A DNA stretch of 63,693 bases, counting the filler. It is 4 parts of 4 records of this genome, joined end to end, with 100 filler letters (N's around TTAATTAATTAA, not from the genome) between each part and the next. Parts side by side here need not be neighbours in the genome. Positions count along the whole stretch, not along the records: positions 37,088 to 63,693 come from DRR723986_12887; 3 more parts are not named here. One strand, 5' to 3'. Positions 58,209 through 63,693 of the stretch are shown here, piece after piece. The position numbers were made by a program, and so were the translations under genes. The notes below the pieces were generated by a model, which saw only the letters and a program-made list of their open reading frames with translations, ran no database searches and was not told where the DNA came from. Every line of letters starts with the position of its first letter. Positions within the stretch are counted from its first letter, which is position 1.

Positions 58209-59939
58209 TTATTCCCAGCCTGGATTCTGTACGAGGTTAGGATTCAACACTAATTCATCAGAAGGAATTGAGGTGAGGTAATCCTGATCAGGTCTGAATC
58301 CATATCCATTTGGCAACTGGTTCTTGAAATAGTCTGTCTGACCATTTGCATCGATCAGAGGAGTGAAACCAGGGAATTCTGCAGGATCAAAAGGGTAACC
58401 CTTTGGTCTTTTTCCAATTACCAGATTATGAGCAGCCCATCTTCTAAAGTCATCAGGTCTCTGACCTTCCAGTGCTAGCTCCACTCTTCTTTCGTTTCTA
58501 ATCGCATAAAGTGCATCGTCAATTGAATAGCCATAGTCGAGCAAATTGGCTCCATACTCAGACTGAGGAATTACTTCAAACGCTGGCATGCCTACTCGAT
58601 CACGCAGTAAATTGAGAGCTTCGAATGCGATGGTACCATCTAATTCGTATTTAGCTTCTGCATAATTTAGTAGCACTTCTCCGTATCGGAAGTATATTCT
58701 TCCTGTTTGACTTAATCCTCCAAAATCTGCACCTGCTGCCGAAGAATAAGGGTTTGAGAATTTTTTCACTTGAAATCCGGTTGAACAAAGTTCCTCGGAT
58801 CCGCCAGTCAAGAAAGGTTTATCAAATACCTGTCCTGAGCTAGCTACTCTTAAATCCCCTGGGATCCAGATTGTGGATTGTAATCTCGGATCAGTTTCTT
58901 CTGCAATTTTCTTAAGAAATTCATTTCCCTTTGCAGTTTGAGTGAGAGCCTCATAGTTATAAGGTTTGCCATCCTTGCCGAGGTAAGAACTGATCAAAGA
59001 CCATGTCAAAGACATATCCCTTGTGCGTCTGGTCGTATAAAACTGCAGTTCATGACCTAGTTGCTCTGATGTGCTGGCAATTCGGTAAAAAAGAACTTCG
59101 TTTATATCAGACATGTTGTCCTTTCCGAATAAATCGTAATAATCTGACTCTGGATTTCCTGTGGAATATACGCCTACAGTATAGCTACCATTCATAAGTT
59201 TTTCTGCTGCAATGACAGCCTCCTGAAAGTACTTGTTAGGATCGGCGCCGCTAGTACCGAATTCAGTACCTGCATGGTATTTTTGCCAAGAGCCTTCATA
59301 AAGAGCCACCTGCGTTTTAAATGCAAGAGCAGTTTCTTTATTCAGTCTGGCATTACCTACGCTGGCTCTGGTTCCAAGATGTTGGAATGCAAAATCCAGC
59401 TCAGATAATATAAAATCAGCAACCTCAGTTCTTGGGTCTTGTGATTTAAAAAGCCCTTCATCACCTGGGAGTAACTGACTCGTATAAATCGGCACATCTC
59501 CATATACCTGTAGCTTCTCGTAGTAGAACCAAGCTCTGAAGAAATGAGCTTCTCCTAGAAATTGCGCATATGAACTCAGATCGTCCTGCACATTTTCTAG
59601 ATTGTCAAATAAAATATTAATACTTCTAATGTCATCCCATTCTCCTGTCCATTGTCCATTTCTAGGAGCGCGTGAACCTTGAATCACTGCATTAGGGACT
59701 GCTACGATCAGATTGTCTGAGCTAGTTTCTGATAAAGGGAGATTTGCTGAACCATGGGTAGGAAGTCCTGCATAGTACTTCTTTACATAGTTTTCTATGT
59801 CATTTGCAGTTTTGAAATAGTCTTCAACTGCAATTTGATCTTCAGGCGCATTGTCTATAAAGGATTCGCATCCAAAAGTTCCGGCCAGAAGAATCAAGAG
59901 CCCAAATATTGATATTGATTTTTTCATTGTCATCGTCAT
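58209..59939 (-). CDS. SusD/RagB lipoprotein (3)
   Basis: Lipobox TFGC, GEAHFFRAWFY, YGDVP, RYGEVLLNYAEA, ERRVELALEG and QNPGWE. Start is between 59927 and 59960. Confidence 0.92.
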   Translation of the reverse strand: MTMTMKKSISIFGLLILLAGTFGCESFIDNAPEDQIAVEDYFKTANDIENYVKKYYAGLPTHGSANLPLSETSSDNLIVAVPNAVIQGSRAPRNGQWTGEWDDIRSINILFDNLENVQDDLSSYAQFLGEAHFFRAWFYYEKLQVYGDVPIYTSQLLPGDEGLFKSQDPRTEVADFILSELDFAFQHLGTRASVGNARLNKETALAFKTQVALYEGSWQKYHAGTEFGTSGADPNKYFQEAVIAAEKLMNGSYTVGVYSTGNPESDYYDLFGKDNMSDINEVLFYRIASTSEQLGHELQFYTTRRTRDMSLTWSLISSYLGKDGKPYNYEALTQTAKGNEFLKKIAEETDPRLQSTIWIPGDLRVASSGQVFDKPFLTGGSEELCSTGFQVKKFSNPYSSAAGADFGGLSQTGRIYFRYGEVLLNYAEAKYELDGTIAFEALNLLRDRVGMPAFEVIPQSEYGANLLDYGYSIDDALYAIRNERRVELALEGQRPDDFRRWAAHNLVIGKRPKGYPFDPAEFPGFTPLIDANGQTDYFKNQLPNGYGFRPDQDYLTSIPSDELVLNPNLVQNPGWE

Positions 59940-59940
59940 T

Positions 59941-62900
59941 TTAATAGGATACTTGTACACCTACAGATATCATTCTATCCGCTCCATAGGTTTTTCCAGC
60001 TCCCCATGAACTTCCGGTAGCTACTGGATCTATACCTACTGGTATTTTGGAGAAAGTCAATAGATTCTCTCCTGTTACATACATTCTGAAATTGCTCAGG
60101 CGCATTTTGTTCAACACCGGGTCTGGAAGTGTATATCCTACCTGCAAGTTTTGCAATCTCAAGTAGGCTCCACTTTGAAGGTATCTTGTACTGGTCAATC
60201 TGTTTTTATTGTTTTGACCATCATTAATATAAGGTCTTGGGAAATAGGCGTCTAAATTGATATTAGCATCGCCTTCATATAGTCCTGTATACATATCCCC
60301 GGGAGTGTCTCTGAAATAATCCAAATGTTCTGGAAATAAGGAGGACTGATTACCTGATCTGAAGCCCCAGAAAATATTGTCTCCAGAGCCAAATGCAATG
60401 TCTCTCTTTCCTACACCTCTCCAGATCATAGAAAGGTCAAATCCTTTGAAGGAAGCATTGAGATTTAGACCATACTGCCATCTTGGAGTACTGTTTCCAA
60501 TTATGCTTAAATCACCAGGGTTTTCCAGGGTATTAGTTCCATTGTCAACTTTTCCATCTCCATTAATATCTAAATACTTTACGTCACCTGGATTCCAGCT
60601 AAGGCCTGTCAAATCAGATAAGTCTACTTGTGAAGTGTAAGAATCTACATCTTCTTGGCTTGCATATAATTCATTGGCAGTGTAACCCCAGATTTCACCC
60701 TGCTCTCTACCTTCATACCAGGTAGAAAGTACGCCGTTAGGATTAAGATACTCTGTTACAAATGTGCGGCTGTCAAAAATGTTGAAGCCTACATTGAAAG
60801 TAAATCCATTAGAAAGCGTTTGACCATAGTTAATGGTTGTTTCCCATCCTCTTGTTCTTAGCGTGGCATTGTTAGACTGCGGTACTGTAGCACCCAATAC
60901 TCCTGGCGCAGGATCCACGGGGCCGATCATATCAAAAGTTGTTCTTTCAAACCAGTCGAATACAAACTTCAAACGATTATCCAAGAAGCTCATATCAGCA
61001 CCGATGTCTATAGATCTTGCAGTTTCCCAAGTGAGGTCTGGACTAATCAATGAAGGTGTGCCAGCAAATCCGATTGGTCTAGTTCCGCCCTGAGAGAAGA
61101 TCCAGTTTACTGCATTGCCAGATAGCGGAATTAGTTGCAAATCCTGATAAGGATCTACATTTTGATTCCCCAATTCACCCCACGAACCACGGATTTTAAA
61201 CGTGTTTACCGTCTGGCTGATTGGCTGCCAGAAAGATTCCTTATCGATATTCCACCCTGCTGAGAAGGATGGGAAAAAGCCCCATCTGTTTCCTTCTCTG
61301 AATCTTGAGCTACCGTCATATCGTGCATTTACTTCAATCAGGTATTTCTCATCAAAGTTGTAATTGAATCTTCCAAAATAACCCTGAGTACTTACTGTTA
61401 AAAGGTTTTCATTCATTTGAATTTCCCCATCAGCGGTGTTCAAAGAAGGGACGTTAGGTACCAATAGGTTGGTTCTATATCCAGATAAATTCCTGTTTTG
61501 AGTCTTTTCAAATTGTGTTCCAACCATAGCTTTGAAATTATGGACTTCATTCAGCTGGAATTCGTAAGAAGTGTAAATGTTACTAGTCCAATACAAATTA
61601 CTATAATGAGTTCTTCTAGTATTGCTTGGTACTGTGTTTCCACTTGGTGTGACTGTTCCGTCCACTAAATGGTCATATACGGTAAGTTCATTACTTCTAT
61701 AAAAAATATCAGTGTTTTTCATGGCAAAATCTCCATGAATAGTCCATCCTTCTGTAGGTCTCAGGTCGGTAGCAAAGGTGTGCCAGTTTTCGGTGGTCTC
61801 AGTGATATCTGTTCCAGCATCGTTTACCCAAGGGATTTTGGATTGGATCATGATATTTCCAAAGCCATCGTACATAGCATTAGTAGGCATGGTTCTGGCG
61901 ATTTGATGGAAAATCAGATCATAGCTACCCTGTCTGTCCATATTAGGGATTTCCCTGATCTGCTTGGAAAAACGTGGCTGGTAGGTAAAATCCCATTTAT
62001 CTGTAATGGAAGTTGTAATCTTACCCATGATATTATAGCGATCAAAAGTATCTGTGCCATAGTTTAAGACACCTGATTGACCATATAAACCTGCAGAGAA
62101 GTAATATGAAGTTTTTTCAGACCCACCTGAAAGGCTGAGGTCATGCTTTTGAATCATTCCCTTACCGAAATATTCATCAAACCAATCCCTGTTTGCGTTA
62201 CCAAATTGGTTGAAACCCCATTGATTTACGTTGTTGGGGTTAGGCGTTGTTTCAAAGAAAGTAGCATCGGCAGGAAAGTTGGCATTTGATCTTAGGAAGT
62301 CAAAGTCACCGTTCTGGAAAGCAAGAATATTGTCAATTGTTCTGTTTGGGAAAAATCTTCCGCCAGCTCCAAATACACCCGCCTCATTAATTACCTTGGC
62401 GTGATCATAAGAGTTTAGCATGGATGGAAGATTTTGAGGAGAAGCTACCCCTACACTTCCCGAATAGCTTGCTTTCAGTTTACCTCTTCCTGATTTTGTA
62501 GTAATTACGATAACACCATATGGTGCTCGTGCTCCGAAGATTGCAGATGCTGCAGCGTCTTTCAATACTGAAATAGATTCTATGTCATTTGGGTTCAAGC
62601 GATCCATATCTCCAGGAATCCCATCAATAACTACATAGGGAGAACCACCATTAAGGGATCCCATACCTCGGATCTGAATATTCATTTCAGCCCCTGGCTG
62701 AAACCCATTGTTCCCAACACTAAAAGTTAGACCAGGTGAGGTTCCTTGAAGCAATTGTGATACTGAAGGAGAAGGACGGTCTGCTAACACTTTTCCTTCA
62801 ACTACATCTACAGCTCCAGTGAGGTTGGTGACTTTCTGTGTGCCATAGCCAACTACCACCACCTCATTTAAAGATGAAATATCCTCCTCCATGACCAAAT

Positions 62901-63246
62901 CAATTATGGTCCTGCTACCTACAGTGATTTCTTGGGATTGATAACCAATGTAGCTGAAAGCTAAAACTGTGCTTTCTCCAGGGACAGTGATGGAATATCT
63001 GCCTTCCGAATCCGTTACAGTACCAGCTGTGGTACCTTTTACTAGAATTGTCAATCCTGGCAATGGAAGGCCTTCTGAATCGACTACAGTGCCTTTTACG
63101 GCAATAGGAGACGTTTGGGCCATACTTGATCCTGAACTTGACAGGAAAAAGAGTAGAAGGCAGATGCAACCAAGAATACCAAAATTTACTTTGGTTTCAG
63201 GCCACATTCTGATACTACTCAGATTTTTTGTAGTAGAATTTTTCAT
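59941..63246 (-). CDS. SusC/RagA TonB-dependent transporter (3)
   Basis: VVVVGYGTQK, DIESISVLKDAAASAIFGARAPYGVIVITTK, RYDGSSRF and LTWE. Confidence 0.94.
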   Translation of the reverse strand: MKNSTTKNLSSIRMWPETKVNFGILGCICLLLFFLSSSGSSMAQTSPIAVKGTVVDSEGLPLPGLTILVKGTTAGTVTDSEGRYSITVPGESTVLAFSYIGYQSQEITVGSRTIIDLVMEEDISSLNEVVVVGYGTQKVTNLTGAVDVVEGKVLADRPSPSVSQLLQGTSPGLTFSVGNNGFQPGAEMNIQIRGMGSLNGGSPYVVIDGIPGDMDRLNPNDIESISVLKDAAASAIFGARAPYGVIVITTKSGRGKLKASYSGSVGVASPQNLPSMLNSYDHAKVINEAGVFGAGGRFFPNRTIDNILAFQNGDFDFLRSNANFPADATFFETTPNPNNVNQWGFNQFGNANRDWFDEYFGKGMIQKHDLSLSGGSEKTSYYFSAGLYGQSGVLNYGTDTFDRYNIMGKITTSITDKWDFTYQPRFSKQIREIPNMDRQGSYDLIFHQIARTMPTNAMYDGFGNIMIQSKIPWVNDAGTDITETTENWHTFATDLRPTEGWTIHGDFAMKNTDIFYRSNELTVYDHLVDGTVTPSGNTVPSNTRRTHYSNLYWTSNIYTSYEFQLNEVHNFKAMVGTQFEKTQNRNLSGYRTNLLVPNVPSLNTADGEIQMNENLLTVSTQGYFGRFNYNFDEKYLIEVNARYDGSSRFREGNRWGFFPSFSAGWNIDKESFWQPISQTVNTFKIRGSWGELGNQNVDPYQDLQLIPLSGNAVNWIFSQGGTRPIGFAGTPSLISPDLTWETARSIDIGADMSFLDNRLKFVFDWFERTTFDMIGPVDPAPGVLGATVPQSNNATLRTRGWETTINYGQTLSNGFTFNVGFNIFDSRTFVTEYLNPNGVLSTWYEGREQGEIWGYTANELYASQEDVDSYTSQVDLSDLTGLSWNPGDVKYLDINGDGKVDNGTNTLENPGDLSIIGNSTPRWQYGLNLNASFKGFDLSMIWRGVGKRDIAFGSGDNIFWGFRSGNQSSLFPEHLDYFRDTPGDMYTGLYEGDANINLDAYFPRPYINDGQNNKNRLTSTRYLQSGAYLRLQNLQVGYTLPDPVLNKMRLSNFRMYVTGENLLTFSKIPVGIDPVATGSSWGAGKTYGADRMISVGVQVSY

Positions 63247-63538
63247 ACGCACAAAGTGGTTTGTATTGGATAGAAATGTTGTAAACAGCTATCTAGGAAG
63301 GGAATTGAATAAAGCTATTTCTAGATAGCTGCGGGTAAGTTAAGTAAAAATAGTGCAGATGTCCTAGTAGTTTTTGAAAAAAATAGGGCTTTAGGTCTAA
63401 AAACGTGTAAAATATTGATTTACTGCTCAAACAGTGGGGATTATTCTGGGGAATTGGTAGGACGAAAAATAGAATATGGGCATGGACTCCTTACTTTTCA
63501 ATAGTATAGGAGTTTTCCCTTTTAAGGGAATATGTATA

Positions 63539-63693
63539 TCTGCTTTTGGTTGAGTATGGTGTCAAAAGCAAAAAAGCATAGGTTAGACTTAAGAATCGAG
63601 GCTACTTCAGCCTGTCCCGCCAGTGCGGTAGTCACCGATCTTCCGACTAGATAAGCAAAGAAGCTAAGGTGACTGGCATCTTTGCGGATAATC
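63539..63693 (-). repeat. Dispersed intergenic repeat at contig end
   Basis: Inverted copy of 39062-39245; shares the exact 19-mer GAGGCTACTTCAGCCTGTC. Confidence 0.8.

Overview
The window is not one genomic locus. It consists of four contigs joined by 100-nt artificial spacers (N44-TTAATTAATTAA-N44) and appears to come from at least three organisms. (1) 1-13950: Marinobacter-like gammaproteobacterial housekeeping DNA (tRNA-Asn fragment, yheT-like hydrolase, tesA/ybbA/ybbP, Fe-ADH, M48 peptidase, thioesterases, htpG, truncated katG). (2) 14051-27652: an alphaproteobacterial (Rhodobacteraceae-like) 11-gene block between tRNA fragments. It encodes an alpha-oxoamine synthase (Spt-like), a bCerS/YghO-like GNAT acyltransferase, an extended SDR (CerR/HpnA-like), a B12 radical-SAM enzyme, a GH3 ligase, a sulfotransferase and a DevBCA exporter whose ATPase carries a cNMP-binding domain. 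This is the best candidate for an undescribed system: synthesis, decoration and export of a ceramide-like or other amino-lipid. (3) 27753-36987: Marinobacter-like glnE', K+ channel, CYTH protein, porin, dtd, pip, typA and glnA' with sigma54/NtrC sites. (4) 37088-63693: AT-rich Bacteroidota (Cyclobacteriaceae/Algoriphagus-like) DNA with three SusC/SusD pairs linked to phosphoesterases and a sulfatase rather than glycoside hydrolases, plus a dispersed ~155-185 nt intergenic repeat upstream of two susC genes. All family and taxon calls come from motif recognition by eye; no database searches were run.
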